Assembly: GCA_964016885.1 (NCBI GenBank)
Contig: OZ024742.1
Coordinates: 47,616,001 to 47,680,000 of the forward strand
DNA from: Eledone cirrhosa
Taxonomy: Eukaryota
DNA length: 64,000 bases
Direction: 5' to 3'
The position numbers were made by a program, and so were the translations under genes. Numbering within the stretch: the first letter of the stretch is position 1; each line of letters starts with the position of its first letter. Shown piece after piece: positions 41,430 to 56,078 of this stretch. Below the pieces are notes generated by a model. The model was not told the DNA's origin, did no database searches, and saw only the letters and a program-made list of their open reading frames with translations.

Positions 41430-41430
<1 letters not shown>
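41159..41430 (+). mobile_element. Non-autonomous Helitron-like fragment (3' end)
   Basis: Ends ccatgcaacgccgggtaccactgCTAG|T, a GC-rich subterminal motif plus CTAG terminus. Confidence 0.55.
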
Positions 41431-41469
<39 letters not shown>

Positions 41470-41471
<2 letters not shown>

Positions 41472-42450
41472 CTTCTCGTCCTCTCCTACGACTCCACTCA
41501 GCTCTCATCCATGTTCTCGTCCCCGCTACAACACTTGTCCTTTCATTTCAATTTCACCACTTTCTCACAGGCCCTAACGGTTCATTCCGTATCCGCCATT
41601 CCTTCACCTACACCTCCACTCATGTTGCCTATGCCCTTCTGTGTTCCCTTGGCGGCTCATTATACATCGGACAAATAGGACGCCGCTTGGCGGACCGTTT
41701 TGCTGAACATTTGAGGGACATAAGACACAGCATGGATACTGCTGTCGCCCGTCATTGCTGTTTCCCAGGTCACTGTTCCCTACATATCTAAGTCCTTGGT
41801 GTCCATTTACATCACGGATCACATGCCTCCCGCAGTAGGACTTAACACAGTCTGATTTATCACCTTATGTCCTGTTTTCCGCATGGACTCAATTTCTTTA
41901 ATATGACACATATACGTTCGTGCTTACTTCGATAATCTTTACCTCCGTCACATTTACCACGTCTGTTATCAGACACGCGCTTGCATATTCACCCCTAGAT
42001 TCATATGGCCCAGTCATGGTCAGAAATATATACTCTTACAGCTGATATAGAGAAAATACCCAGAAACTCTACTTTTCCCGTCACAGCTCTGTACACACAC
42101 ACACACACATACACACACACACACCCTTATATTAACATACTTTTACTCACAGATTCGTACTTACAAGCACACACACACACTTTTCACTTATATATACACA
42201 CACATATCCTCTTAGCATCGTACGGACGTATAATAATACATACACACATACACACACGCATACGCACGCGCACACGTATACAAAACAGTTTTCCAAGATA
42301 TGCCAACATTAATGGACCTCTTATTTTTCTCTAAAAATATTGCGCCCGTCCCTTCAATCTTTCTAATTTCTCATTCTTCTTGTAATTTCAAGCGTTAACC
42401 TGATATAATCCTTTCGTATACTGTACCGATTATGTTGTTATCTCTGTTGT
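41470..42450 (+). mobile_element. Penelope-like element 3' fragment (GIY-YIG endonuclease remnant plus UTR), Neptune-like
   Basis: CSRPRYNTCPFI..FTYTSTHVAYALLC..LYIGQIGRRLADRFAEHLRDI..VARH; bounded by (TA)n on both sides. Confidence 0.8.
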
Positions 42451-42462
42451 ACCTTTACATAT

Positions 42463-42575
<113 letters not shown>

Positions 42576-43014
42576 CACACATATATATATACACACGTAC
42601 ATATTTATATACACACATATATATATACACACGTACATATTTATATATATATATATATATATATATAGATAGATACACACATACATACACACACACACAC
42701 ATATATATGTATATATATATATATATATATATAAATATATATATATATTATTTTTTTCGATATACGTTGGTTGTTTACCGACACCTCAATATGCACATTG
42801 GAGCACTCGACGAAGTACGCAGGTTGGTTTGGTTACTCCAGAGTATGTAAAATAATGTCAAATATTTAAAATTTGGCTTCGTTTATTAAAGTTGTACAGT
42901 TATATATATTTCGGTGACAGCCATCATTGGCTGTGACCTCTTCAGGCAGTCCGAATTGCTGTGGTAGAGACAGGTACACATGTTGTTAAAGTGTTTTACT
43001 CCGTTAATACTCTG

Positions 43015-43121
43015 ATATATCCAGCTCCTGGTTGGGTTGTTATATCTCTGAGGAACTGGAATCATATGCTATGATTCCAGTTCCTGAGAGAAAAAACAAC
43101 CCAACCAGGTGCTGGACATAT
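43015..43121. repeat. ~105-bp near-perfect hairpin
   Basis: ccagctcctggttgggttgtt..ggaactggaatcata / tatgattccagttcc..aacaacccaaccaggtgctgg. Confidence 0.85.
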
Positions 43122-43379
43122 TGATATAAAATTTGTGGTCTTGCTTTGCTTAACTAATGAATATTTCCAGCTCTGTGCACCTAACCTCTGCATGAACCCA
43201 GACACCTAGCTGCCTTCCACTGCATATTGCACATTGAGCACACGCCTTTACGCTTTGGCTTCTAACTAAATCACCAATCTCTCTTCTCCACTTCTATCTC
43301 CTCTTCTATCTCCATCTCTCTCTTTAAGATTGGTTACTCTTGAACTGTGTATATATATATATATTTATATATATATATA

Positions 43380-44706
43380 GTAATAATAATAAATTTGAAG
43401 ACTAAAATCGAAAGAGGGCTCGATAAGGATACATTTATATCAAATATATAAAAACCGTAGGGCAAATATTTGTTAGTTTCAGAAGATCACGTTAAGGGTG
43501 AAAGCAGCAATTCTTAGCTACCCCATCAAGACTTAAAATATCCGCGTATATTTTACATCGTGATGTGGTAGCTAAGTATATGTTATGTTTATACCATTAC
43601 GTATTTGTATAGGTAAGTATATATTACCTGTATGTTTATTGAAGTTACGTATACTCTCTCGTACGTATATTTGATTGTATATGTTATGGCGTATATATTA
43701 TATATTCTGGTACATATGCTTTTGGTTATGTGTATACGTGAGTTTCGCGTTTGTGTGAGTATGCGGGTTCGTACGTATGTAGGGTGTGTGTATATGTGTA
43801 CTTTGTGTTTTGGTTGACGTACATCTCCGAACATATGTATATTTACATGTAGGTATGTGTGTGCGCTTGTTATATACGTATTTATTTATTTATATACGTT
43901 TATTTAATTATATGTATACACGCACACACACATATATATATATCTTTTTTTTATATATATTTTTATGTGAACTTGGTGTATACATTCGTATGCGTGCGGG
44001 TACAGGCGTTACGTGGGTTCTGTAAGTGCGTGCGGGTTTTTTTTTGTATTTTTTTTTGTGTACGTGCGTGTATTTGTATACCTATGGCGAGTGTTTTCGC
44101 GTATGCGTGTGTATGTATTTATTTAATTTCAGTTACCTCTGTATTTTATTTACTTTATTCTTAAATCTGAAGCTAAGAATCATTCGGTTTCCTAGTTAGA
44201 ATTCTTGTCTACGACTACAGTTATACCATTTACATGGTTTTGTCTTTGCGTGCAATTGTTCTCCCCGCACCACACATTTTCTTCGTTTTTTCCGTTCATT
44301 GCCAGAGAACGTCTCTATGAACCACCTAATAGAATATTAGTCTACGACTTCTTTTATACCGTAAACGTGGTTTTTGTCTTTGCGTGTAATTGTTTTTCAC
44401 CGCTCCAAATAATGACGTATTATATTCGTTTTTTTCCCGTTCTTTGCCAGGGAACGTTTCTACGAACCAAAGTATCGTCTTCCTGTCTTCCTCCGGTTGC
44501 AACGTTTTTTTAAATATTCACATCTGCGTTCACATATTGACTTTGTTAGTTTCAGAAGATCCCGTTAAGGGTGAAAGCAGCGATTGTTTGCTTAAACTTT
44601 AATCTGTTATTTTAATAAATACTTGCTCTACGGTTCTTATATATTTGATAAATATTTATCCGTATCGAGCCCTGTTTGGATTTTAGTCTCCAAATTTATT
44701 ATATAT

Positions 44707-44710
<4 letters not shown>
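43380..44710 (+). mobile_element. Non-coding PLE-like element with inverted terminal copy
   Basis: 43380-43469 is an inverted copy of 44618-44710; direct repeat 43469-43512 / 44542-44585; (TA)n on both sides. Confidence 0.65.
44548..44598 (+). ncRNA. Variant hammerhead-like motif (CAGAAGA core)
   Basis: agttt-CAGAAGA-tcccgttaagggt-GAAA-gca..tgc-TT-aaact; all three stems can form. Confidence 0.45.
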
Positions 44711-44769
<59 letters not shown>

Positions 44770-45803
44770 AGTAGTGTGGTGCAAATTTATACGGGAACAA
44801 AACAGAGAGGCAGACAAATAAAGGTTTATCAGGGTCACGCTACTGAGAGTGGGGATGGGGGTATGAAAATATGAAAAAAAAAGAAGTTAGAATTTTATTT
44901 CTCAACTAAGCACAGTTGATACATAAATGTATGTATGCATACATACACACACAAAAACAAACACACACAAACACACACACACTCACACACACACACACAC
45001 GCCCACACATGCTCACATATATATATATATGCATATATACATACACACATATGTGCATATAGTTTATATCGAGTCCCAATTCACCCCCACCGGTCTTAAC
45101 TTGTAATTTTTTTTAAATTTTTGATTTTTGATTTTTAATTTTTAATTTTAATTGCTAACTCTAAATCATAATTTCCACTGTGAAACCATAATATCTAGAA
45201 ATAAGTATATATTCTCTTAGCGGGTGATGGTCAATTCTATCGTCCATGGTTAATTTAGGGGGTAGTATTCAGATCTATTGAAACTCATACTCTCCCACCC
45301 CACTAGCTTTCAGCCAACTATCACTGGCAGGGTGACTAGCAGTAAACTATAACCGTGTCATATTACAGACCTGGATGGTGTGATTGTTTGGTTGAGAGAG
45401 GGACCTGCCTCGGCGAGTTTCGTAGAATTTTGGGACAGTTGATGGTCGACTTCCTTCGGACTTGCGCCTGCGCAGACCGTTGGGGTTGAATTGGGACTCA
45501 CAAAGGAACGGGCGAAGGATTCAAGAGCACACGCGTTGTCCTTTCCCATGTCGATTCAATTTGGATTGCCTCGGAAACATAACCTTATTATGTAAGAAGC
45601 TGTCTGATGATGTCACGGCACTGGGCACACCGAAGCGTGTGGGAACTGTCATCATTGAAATATGTATCACAGCATTAATATTAAAGGACTTTAACATCTG
45701 AAACTACTTCGCTTGTTCTTCTTATTCGATATATACTCCGTCACTCCTATGTGGAAAAAGTACGTTGAGTGCTTGAATTGAATTGCATCAATGTTTACCT
45801 TAA

Positions 45804-46538
<735 letters not shown>

Positions 46539-48054
46539 GCTATTGCCGATAGCATTAAATTATGCACTCATGTGTATTATGCACACAAATTTCGTATCTA
46601 TTCTGTAAAAGTAGAATAAAATAGTTTGATGATTATAGACTTTATTTTCAAAAGCTGAATAAAAATACTTTAATGTTATTTGTTCTCAGACTTATCATTA
46701 CATGTTGAGTAATAGGAACCTAGCAGGAAAAGAACGGTGTTATAAAGAGATCGCTTTGTGTGCCGAATAATAATAGCCGATATAATGGTTGCAATTCCAT
46801 AGTAAGTGCCAAAGCATTAAGTGAACATTTTCTAGGAATAATTTGTCCTACATCTTTATGCATATCTAGTCACGAAGATATCTGCATGTCTAATTTAACG
46901 TTCGTAGCATACTATGTTCAATAATTAAAAACAACATTAAATACTGGATTAAAACGTAATTGAAATTGACATCTTGCAGGGAAAAAAATCTTTCATCACA
47001 TTTCGTGGTTATAGTGTTCCAAATATATTTGTTTAACATCTTTGACATTTTCAATATAATTCATAATTAATATTCTATATAGATTTAAATAAATGTTCGT
47101 TTTTATGAGATTTTGTTCAACTTTGAAAGAGGTCACTGTTTGGTACATGTTTATACCACCAATTGTTCCTTTTCACGTCGAAGTGAAGCTATATTTCCCA
47201 ATGGATATAACCGTCAACTCAATCATATCTGTGTGTATATTCAAAGTAGTCACAGACAACTCTACATAAGATAATGTAGTCAATCATCTGATGGTAGATT
47301 CCTGTTAGTTCTAAACATTTTTTGGGACAAACATAAGATCGTCGGTCTTTGCTTTTAGTCCGGAAATGTTCAGATTTTCACTTAGATATACTTGATTAGA
47401 AAACTCCATTTACATGTTCTTTTCTCCTTAACCTTGTATTTGTATTGTTATCTAAATCTGTTTCTTCGGTGTCATTTGCTTCTGACAACATGTCAGTAAG
47501 TTTTGACCATAGAGGAAATAAAACAGACACTTTACATGGTGATTTCAATGGAACAGAAGCATAAAACCTGGGTGTGGTTACAAGTGGAATGTAGTGTATC
47601 GCAAAGTAGCCAAACTTCTGGATCCGATATGAACACGTTCGCCGCAAAGGAGAAACAACTGATAGCATAGTAAGACAAATTTCATCTCGTCATTGAAAAA
47701 CAAATTCTCTTTCTTTTCCTTTATTTCAACTGATGTCAGTAATGTATACACTTTTTTTCTATCCCTCTCTATACTATCCATATGTGGTGTACTTGGGCTG
47801 TTGGACCCTCTGTTCCTTTTGGTATTTATTATTTACGTAAGCTTCCTTTTAGCAGCACCTCTCTATCACTCGGTCAGATAGAAGCTAAAGTTAAGATATA
47901 CAACTGATAAAAAAAGTAACTCAACTTTACATTTCACTTCATTTCGTTATGGAAAATCATTTTTTTCTCTCCTTTTTTGCCTTCATATCAGTTCATCACA
48001 TTAATGTATATATATATATATATATATTCTGGGGAAATCATCAGGAAGCAGGGG

Positions 48055-48121
<67 letters not shown>

Positions 48122-48175
48122 AATTAATAAAATAATGAATAAAGAAAGAACCAGTTCCTTATATTAAAAAAATTC

Positions 48176-48313
48176 ATCATTTTACGAGCGTTTCTAGGAT
48201 ATATATGTGTTAGAGTTGGTATGCATATTCTATAGATCTATGTACAATATTTATACAAACTATCAGAGGGAATATACATACCTACACATATATATTCTGT
48301 CTTCAGAAATAAT
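48176..48313 (-). ncRNA. Hammerhead ribozyme with ~105-nt stem II (family of 25740)
   Basis: Minus: attattt-CTGAAGA-[long hairpin]-GAAA-cgctcg-TA-aaatgat; 7-bp stem I. Confidence 0.7.
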
Positions 48314-49007
48314 GATATTTGTTTATTGAAAAAACAAAGATTCAATACAATAGGTCTGTTTGGGAACAGGTTTTGAATTGACCAATAGAAAGATAGTGAG
48401 GGTCAGGAGAGTAATACAGTAGTAGAAGAACCTTAAATTATGGGTAGAGGAAGGTAGATTTCAGTTTTGGATGGAAAAGAATATTATGAATGAAGGATTA
48501 TTTTAGGAAAGAAATAGGTCTTATGCTGACCTCAGAAATAATTTTATTTTTTCATTGAATAAAACCAACAAAGATCTAATATATTCTGTCTGTTTGGTAA
48601 GAGGTTTAGAATTAACCAATAGAAAGTTAATAATTGGTCAAATGGTAAAATAGTAGTAATTGATGGTTATTTTAGGGGTGAAAATAGGTCAGGTGGTCAG
48701 TAAAAGGTATACAAGCAGTTGCTGTTATAAAATAGTAATGCCAATACAAATATCTAAGGTGACTAAAGTTTTAAGATAAGAATGTTTGTAAAAAAAATAT
48801 ACATCTATGAAAAGAATATAAATTAATTTAATTGATGGGTATATTTATATTGATAAAATTATACTAATACATATAGATATAATAAATAAGAGTTAGATGC
48901 AGTTGAAAAGTGGTGTTAAAGATGAGGGGAAATTAAAAGTATATAAAAATAATATATATATATATATATACTTATACATATATATATATATACATATATA
49001 TACACAT

Positions 49008-49044
<37 letters not shown>

Positions 49045-49130
49045 CACTTATATATACATATATATATACATATATATACATACACACACACATACACACA
49101 TATATACATATACATATACATATATATAGA

Positions 49131-49173
<43 letters not shown>

Positions 49174-49188
49174 ATATATATAGCCCCT

Positions 49189-49237
49189 GCTTCCTGATGA
49201 TTTCCCCCGAATGAAACAGTCCTAGACCTGTAGAAGC
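49189..49237 (+). ncRNA. Type I hammerhead ribozyme
   Basis: gcttc-CTGATGA-tttcccccgaat-GAAA-cagtcctagacctg-TA-gaagc; inverted partial copy at 48027-48057. Confidence 0.75.
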
Positions 49238-49689
49238 CATTTATATATATTGTTTTCCTTTCTCTCTTTCTTCATAATATCACCATGTGGTTTATTTGAT
49301 CTGTTGGACCCTCTGTCTTTTTTATGGTTATTCTCTATGTAAGCTTACTTTTAGCAACACCCCTCTATTACTCATTTTTTGGTTACACTTCTCTCGGTAA
49401 ACCCAAGATTTGTGATCAGGCAAGAGCAATACGCAAACACGGTTGGCTATATAACATTGAAATTGCATTGTTAAATAAAAATATAAGGTAGGTGGGTGTG
49501 AAGGATTTAGAAGTTTAGGATGCTGGAGATTCAAATAGAGATGAGAGTAGGGAAACTGATGGAATTCATTAGGAAGAAGAGGAACTGTATATTCGACATG
49601 AGACGGTAGGTGACATTAACATTGATGAACTAAAGTTCATATCAGAAAAAGACTGACGGATGATTGCCGATATATCGCAGATCTCTAAA

Positions 49690-50720
49690 TAAGGAGGCAG
49701 TAATCCAAAAAATTAAAGAAGAAAATCAATGTCAAATAACTAACAGCATCCTTGACAAGGCGCTAACTAGAAATATCACTGAAACCAACAATCTAATTAG
49801 CACTGCACAAGTATCTACTGTGAATTATGCTTGAAACAAACTATACAAAAGCAGATCAAAGGACAGTTGTGGATAAACATAATTCAAGGGGACATCAAAT
49901 TGCTTAGGAAAGATATTAATATTCTGGAAAGGAAAAAAAGAAGGAGGGAAATGAAGAAAAAAAGGAAAATATTGAACAACTTACATGGAATTTCAATATC
50001 AAGAAAAAGAAGATGACTACGGTAATTGAAGAGCTGGCACAAAAGGTTGTTGTCAAAGCTGCAAAGATTATGAGATATGAACAAAGGATCTCGCAGTATA
50101 AACAGAATGTACATTTAGAGAAAATCAGTAGATATTCTATCAGGTGGTAGATGACATGGTTAGGAATGGTTATGTATTGCCCGATGGTGTTAAAATAAGA
50201 CATTTTGGAGAGATATATGAACAGTAGTAAAAGAGCAAAATAGAAGTTTGGAGTGGCTGTCTAACATAAAATATGGCTACTTAAGAGGGATACTTAAGAG
50301 AGCGAATTGGAGATAACAACTGATATGTTAGCTATCCAGTGTATAAAGATACCGTCAGAGACTATGCGTAAGGTTGAAAACATTGAGAGCCATTCATGGG
50401 AGAATTGCTGAGCAACTGAATAAGGTATTCATTGGAAGCTCTGTCGTAAGTATGACATGCGTAGAAGGGAGAAATGGTATGGTAACCAACCGGAAAGGGT
50501 GGCTAAAAATGAACAGTATAAGATTTTGTGGGACATGACCATCCAGAGCGAACATTTTATCGTGACTAGAAAGCCTCACATTTTTGTAGAGGTAAAGAAG
50601 CATAACAATGCACGTATTGTGGATATTGCTTCACCGTCGGTCTACAGAGTGAATGGGAAGGGAAGTGAGAAAGTTGAGAAATACCGCGAGCTGAATATAG
50701 AAATCAGGAAACTTAGAAAC
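49690..50720 (+). mobile_element. R4/Dong-clade non-LTR remnant (restriction-like endonuclease), RT largely deleted
   Basis: EELAQKVVVKAAKIMRYEQRI; WY..QPERVAKNEQYKILWDMTIQSEHFIVTRKPHI..IVDIASP..EKVEKYREL (PD-(D/E)xK-like). Confidence 0.75.
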
Positions 50721-50810
50721 GAAGAAGAAGAAGAAGAAGAAGAAGAAGAAGAAGAAGAAGAAGAAGAAGAAGAAGAAAAAGAAGAAGAAGAAGAAGAAGA
50801 AGAAAATAAA

Positions 50811-50897
<87 letters not shown>

Positions 50898-50945
50898 AAG
50901 AAGAAGAAGAAGAAGAAGAAGAAAAAAGAAGAAGAAGAAGAAGAA

Positions 50946-50976
<31 letters not shown>

Positions 50977-51030
50977 AAGAAGAAGAAGAAGAAGAAGAAG
51001 AAGAAGAAGAAGAAGAAGAAGAAGAAGAAG
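50721..51030. repeat. (GAA)n(TAA)n(GAA)n compound microsatellite
   Basis: Seen directly. Confidence 0.97.
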
Positions 51031-54000
51031 GAACACGACGACGACGACGATGATGTTGACAGCAGCAACAACTACAACAGTCACGATAATAAAATATTAC
51101 ATCAAATGGTATTTTATATTTTCAAGCAATATTTATCGTTGAAATATTGAAAACAATGTAAAAAATGTTGAATAATAAAATCGACGAGACAATGAATGCA
51201 AGAGAATAACATATAATGTGAAGTGAAATTATGTACGTGTAATCAAACAACGAATTAAAAAAGTTAACAAACAAATAATTTAAACGAAATCATGTAGAAT
51301 GCATCTGGAGTGGTTGTGTAATACAACATGAAATATATATCAAAGTACATTGAATCAACTCTTACTGACGAATTATATGTGAAGTGATATATTTAGGATG
51401 GTCATAGCAGAAGCCGAAAGATATTTCAAAATGGCGTGGGTCAAAAATGTCATGAATTCTGTATACATATTTGTGAGTAGAGAACTGATGTAATCAAGAA
51501 AAGAAAAATCTATATGAAATTATAGTACTAAATATAAAGAAAAACAATGGAGAGAAATGGCATTCTGATTTGAATATATTTGCATGTATGTTTTAATGCC
51601 TAAAGGTTAATAACTGATTATTCATGACATATTGGAAGTCATCCTTAATACAAACATATGATTGAAACGAGTAATTAACTATTCATATGTTTAATGCAAT
51701 TCTAGATGTTTGAAGAGGGAACAAAAGAAATGGCAGTTTGATAAAAATTGCGAAAAAAGGCACATAAAATATAACATTGGCAGAAACTAACAAAATGATA
51801 AATAGAAGCCATATAGCAAATACGAAGAGACAACATAACAATACATCAGAACTTGATATAAGTGATACAAAACAATGTTGAAGCAGGTGAAGGTTAGGAA
51901 AGTTTAAATAGGTAAATATCAGTTAAGCACTCCTGTGCGCAATCTTCAAGTGTAAGAGCTTATGAAGTTATGCAGTCTGAACGCATTTCATCATTTCTGG
52001 CACCGCTCCCTTTATTTTTGTAATTTTAGAATGTTTCCTAATTAATACTTTATAACTTCAATAAACTTAAGGACTCATTTCTTATGACATAATAGAAGCT
52101 TAGCGTATTTTCCAAAGAAGAAAATATGCACTTCAATACTATTCGTTAAATATCGATCTCAGATGAGTTTATTGTAAAAGAGAAAAATTTAATGATAATA
52201 GGATATTATTATCATGTATAAATAACGGTATGATCAGAGGGAATCTAAGCAGAAACTAATTCAATGTTGTCATATATACTCAGAAATACCTCTAATAATA
52301 TAAAAAATGTCAAAGCATATTGTATTGTAGAGGCAAATAAATATATCTGTAAATTAAAAATGTTAATAATTTATTTATACAAATATAATAGATTATATTT
52401 TTTCTCCTCATATTTATCAATCCCGGTAAATTTGATGTTAGCGATTTGCTTAATGGATGGGTGCAATTTATTTCTGTAGGTGTCGGAACGCTAAAAGTTT
52501 TGGCATTACGATGATTTTCTCTTAATATACGGTAAGTCTTACATGTGAGGTTTCTGTTTCTTTTCATTTTTGTCGTATGTAATGAGGAAGCCATCTAATA
52601 TATTCCTAGAATTGTAAAATTGTTCTGGTTACTTCCATTTGTAGTATGTCAGCAAGATGTACAGTTATGTCTATCAACAACGATTTGTTTATTTGTTTAT
52701 TTGTTTATTGTTATTATACTATTCTCGTTCGTGGCGTTAAAACAACTGTCAGTACTCATTCATCATTATGTTGGTATTTGCATTACAAAATAATTTATGT
52801 TATTTTATCTCCATAGTTCTATAGCAAAAACCATTTCGACCCCGCAAAAAACATGCGAATTTTTATTTTCATAACGTTCAATTCTTTGTATTTGGGTAAT
52901 ATATTATATTTGTTGGAAATGTTTTAGAATTATTCTGGATGCTTACGTTTTTGATACGTCTTACAATTTCAGCATTTGTTTCGATTTTCCATCATTTGGT
53001 CCCAATATCATTCATATGTGAGGGAATATCTTATAATTGTTCTTATTACTTTGCTTCTTTTCCACGATGAATTCAGGAGCTTTGAAGATCTCATATGAAA
53101 TATTTTTCGGAAGTCCTTAATTTCTGTATTGACTAAATAGGTTTCTTCGTAGATTAGTTCATTACTGTTGGCCATATTTATACTTCTACTTATACAGCCA
53201 CTACAACCACCAACCTTTTTACTACAGTCTGTGATACATGTCTGCAGCCAATGTTAGTTGCGGTGGTAGTAACGTGCATATGCAGTTGCAAGTTAATTTA
53301 ATTCGAACAAAATCAGATGGCTTATTTATTCGACGTCGGATCCAACGGGGCTTCAACATTTCTATTTCAAGACTTGCGGCAAGTACCTATTAGTCCTATT
53401 CAGTGAAACATTGCCTTTATTATACTTGAAGCAGTGATTGTAACAAACATCCCTTGAGTGAAAGTAGCTGAGACTATTGCTAATATACGTTACAACATTG
53501 CTTGTCACATTGCAAAAGTTCATATACAACTAAAACCAATCCTATGTATATCGTACTAATTCTCTGTTTTTGTTGCGAAGATCAAACGTGTTAATATACG
53601 TGTTCTGTCTAAATTCTCTATTTTGGGGGGAAGTTCAATATGTTGAACAATACTACGGTTCTTGAATTTTTCTAATCGTAATTGTTAAATTTTTTATGTC
53701 CTCCGTACTATTTACAAATGTTACCTTCTCATCATATCCTGTTATTTCAAATTATGTTAAAACGTAATGAAATAAATTTTCTGCAAACCTCCAAGCAACA
53801 TTTTGCGTGGGAAGTGTAATTGGTTTATAGATACAAAATTCACATATCTCCAAATAATTTATTCCAGGCAGACACAGTTTCATATATAAATATTAGTTTA
53901 TTTGTTTTATTGGGTGGGTTGGTGTGTTGCTCTTGTAAGTACGTACTTCGCCTTGGTGTATAATATTCTATATTTATCGAACCATTAGATTACACCCCAT

Positions 54001-54058
54001 ACCATAATAACTGTTTAGTAGCAGTGAATATAAAGACTAAAAGGAATGTATGCCCCCA

Positions 54059-54093
<35 letters not shown>

Positions 54094-54181
54094 GGAGGTG
54101 AGTTTTATTGTAGTACAATAAAGCAATGCAGATATCGGATAAGTACCACTCTACAGTTTGTAGGACTGGAGTATAAATAAG

Positions 54182-56078
54182 ATATAAGATCAAAAGATGG
54201 TTAAAAGAGTTCCATGTATTTTATTATGCGCATTTCAAAAACAAATATCATCATGCGATTACATTTGCGTTTTCGTCAGATAAAATAGGGAGACGTGATA
54301 TGAAGGTTAAAAAACACTTGTGAATAGTGCAATAGTGCAGTTTTAAATCAACATATGAAAAGTAGTTTTAGACTGATGTGTGATATTGAGAACAAAATTG
54401 AGGGGGGGGGATTGGAAAGGATGAAAAAGAGGAGCAGATGAGAGTAAAGAATGGAGAGGGAGGAGTATAATAAGGAAGGATGAGATAGGAGGAGAGATGG
54501 GTGATAGAGAGAGAGATAGCTTTTATAACTGAGAAAAATGTATTGTTTTACATAGAGAGGTTAAAAAACCGTTGGAAGATAATATATAAATTAAAAGAAT
54601 TTGAAAATTAACGAAGAGAAAATTTTTAGAATAATGTTAAATTAAAGTTTGTGTATTGAAGGGTTTAATAATATGTGCGATGAAAAGAAATTGTTAATAT
54701 GTATTATTAAAAAAATATAAAAATATAACAATAGTAATGTAATTAAGGATATATTGTGCAAAGAAGTAGAAAAGTGGATGAATAAGTGTAATATGTATAA
54801 GATAGATGAGCATGAAAGGCAGAAAAAATAATGAATTGAGGATGAATAATCTAACGTCAAAAAAATGTTTATGTTTACGAAGGATTTTTCAAGGTGATAT
54901 TATAAAGTATTTAAAAGCGTAAGGATATATTGTGGTGATTAATAATGAGAATTGAGAAGTATCAAGGAAGAAAGGTACAGATTGGAGGTTAGAAATTAAA
55001 AGAAAAAGAAAAAAAGAAAAAAGGAAAAAATAAAGAAAGGGAAGTGATAAATAGGAGTGATATAGAGTGAGTAACTAGTATTATATAATGTATAATAAAT
55101 AACATTGAAATAATGTAGAAAGATGGGTATATTTTAAAGAAATATATATGTATATATATATGTGCCTTTGAGAAAATGATTTTAAATTGGTAAAGTATTA
55201 GATATTAGCTGTATACTTTATGGAATGTTCTGTGGAATTTATGCAAGCAGAGAGAAAACAAGTTAGTGTGTCTATTTATTATAGAATCTGAATTAGATAT
55301 AATGGTAAATTTCTCACATAAACAGACATTACATGTCTTGGATAGATAACCATTCAAGTATGGATAAGCAGAAAAAACCTTCCTCCAAGAGATGTTATAG
55401 TTAATATTTTTGTCTTTCAAGGACCATATGAGTTCTGAGAGTGCCGTGTTGGTTCTTTTAAGTTGGTATTTAAAAGACGAATGATGATTATAAAGACGAG
55501 CTTTAAAGGATGTGGAAGTGGAGTCAAAATAGGTAAAGGAATTGGTGTCAGTTATAACTTAACATTCGTAGATTAAGTTTTTTTCAAGACAATGGTTGTT
55601 GAGAGGACATTTATTTTTAACAGGGCAATTACAATTGCGATTAGAGAAATTAACAGAATTATTAATAAGTGACCTAGTGTTATCTATAGGAGGAATTGGA
55701 TTGGAGAAGTTATTTACGATAGGAATAATAGTTTCTTGATTTAGAATGGGATTAAGAACATTTAACGAAGTTGCGTTTGACGTTGTATTTGGGTTTGCAG
55801 AAATTAGCCTAGAGTTAACAATGACGTCGGGAGTACTATTACTATTATTATGATATTCAGTGTTGGAAGGAAGAGATTTAGTATTTAGTATTTTATTGTT
55901 GTGTTTAGAGATAATGTTGGAGATGTTGGAGGAGGTCGTATAGGAACATTTTATAGTGTGTTTGTTAAATATTTTACTATAGATATGTGAGGGAGGAAAG
56001 CATTTATTTAAAGCACTAAAGAATAATTTAGGAATATTATTATTAATAGAGATAGAGAAAGGAGCATTATACCAGATT
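54182..56078 (-). mobile_element. Penelope-like element, left (inverted) arm
   Basis: Reverse complement of 56277-58417; ORF WYNAPFS..KIFNKHTIKCSY..CNCPVKNKCPL..; TCNVCLCEK. Confidence 0.9.
54217..54287 (-). ncRNA. Minimal type I hammerhead in PLE terminal region
   Basis: Minus: tattttat-CTGACGA-stem II-GAAA-tgcgca-TA-ataaaata. Confidence 0.8.

Noticed and set aside
45600-45650. CTGATGA...GAAG possible hammerhead
   Set aside because: No convincing stem I or III and the core is altered
47396-47781. Minus-strand ORFs of ordinary composition
   Set aside because: No recognisable domain or clear splice structure
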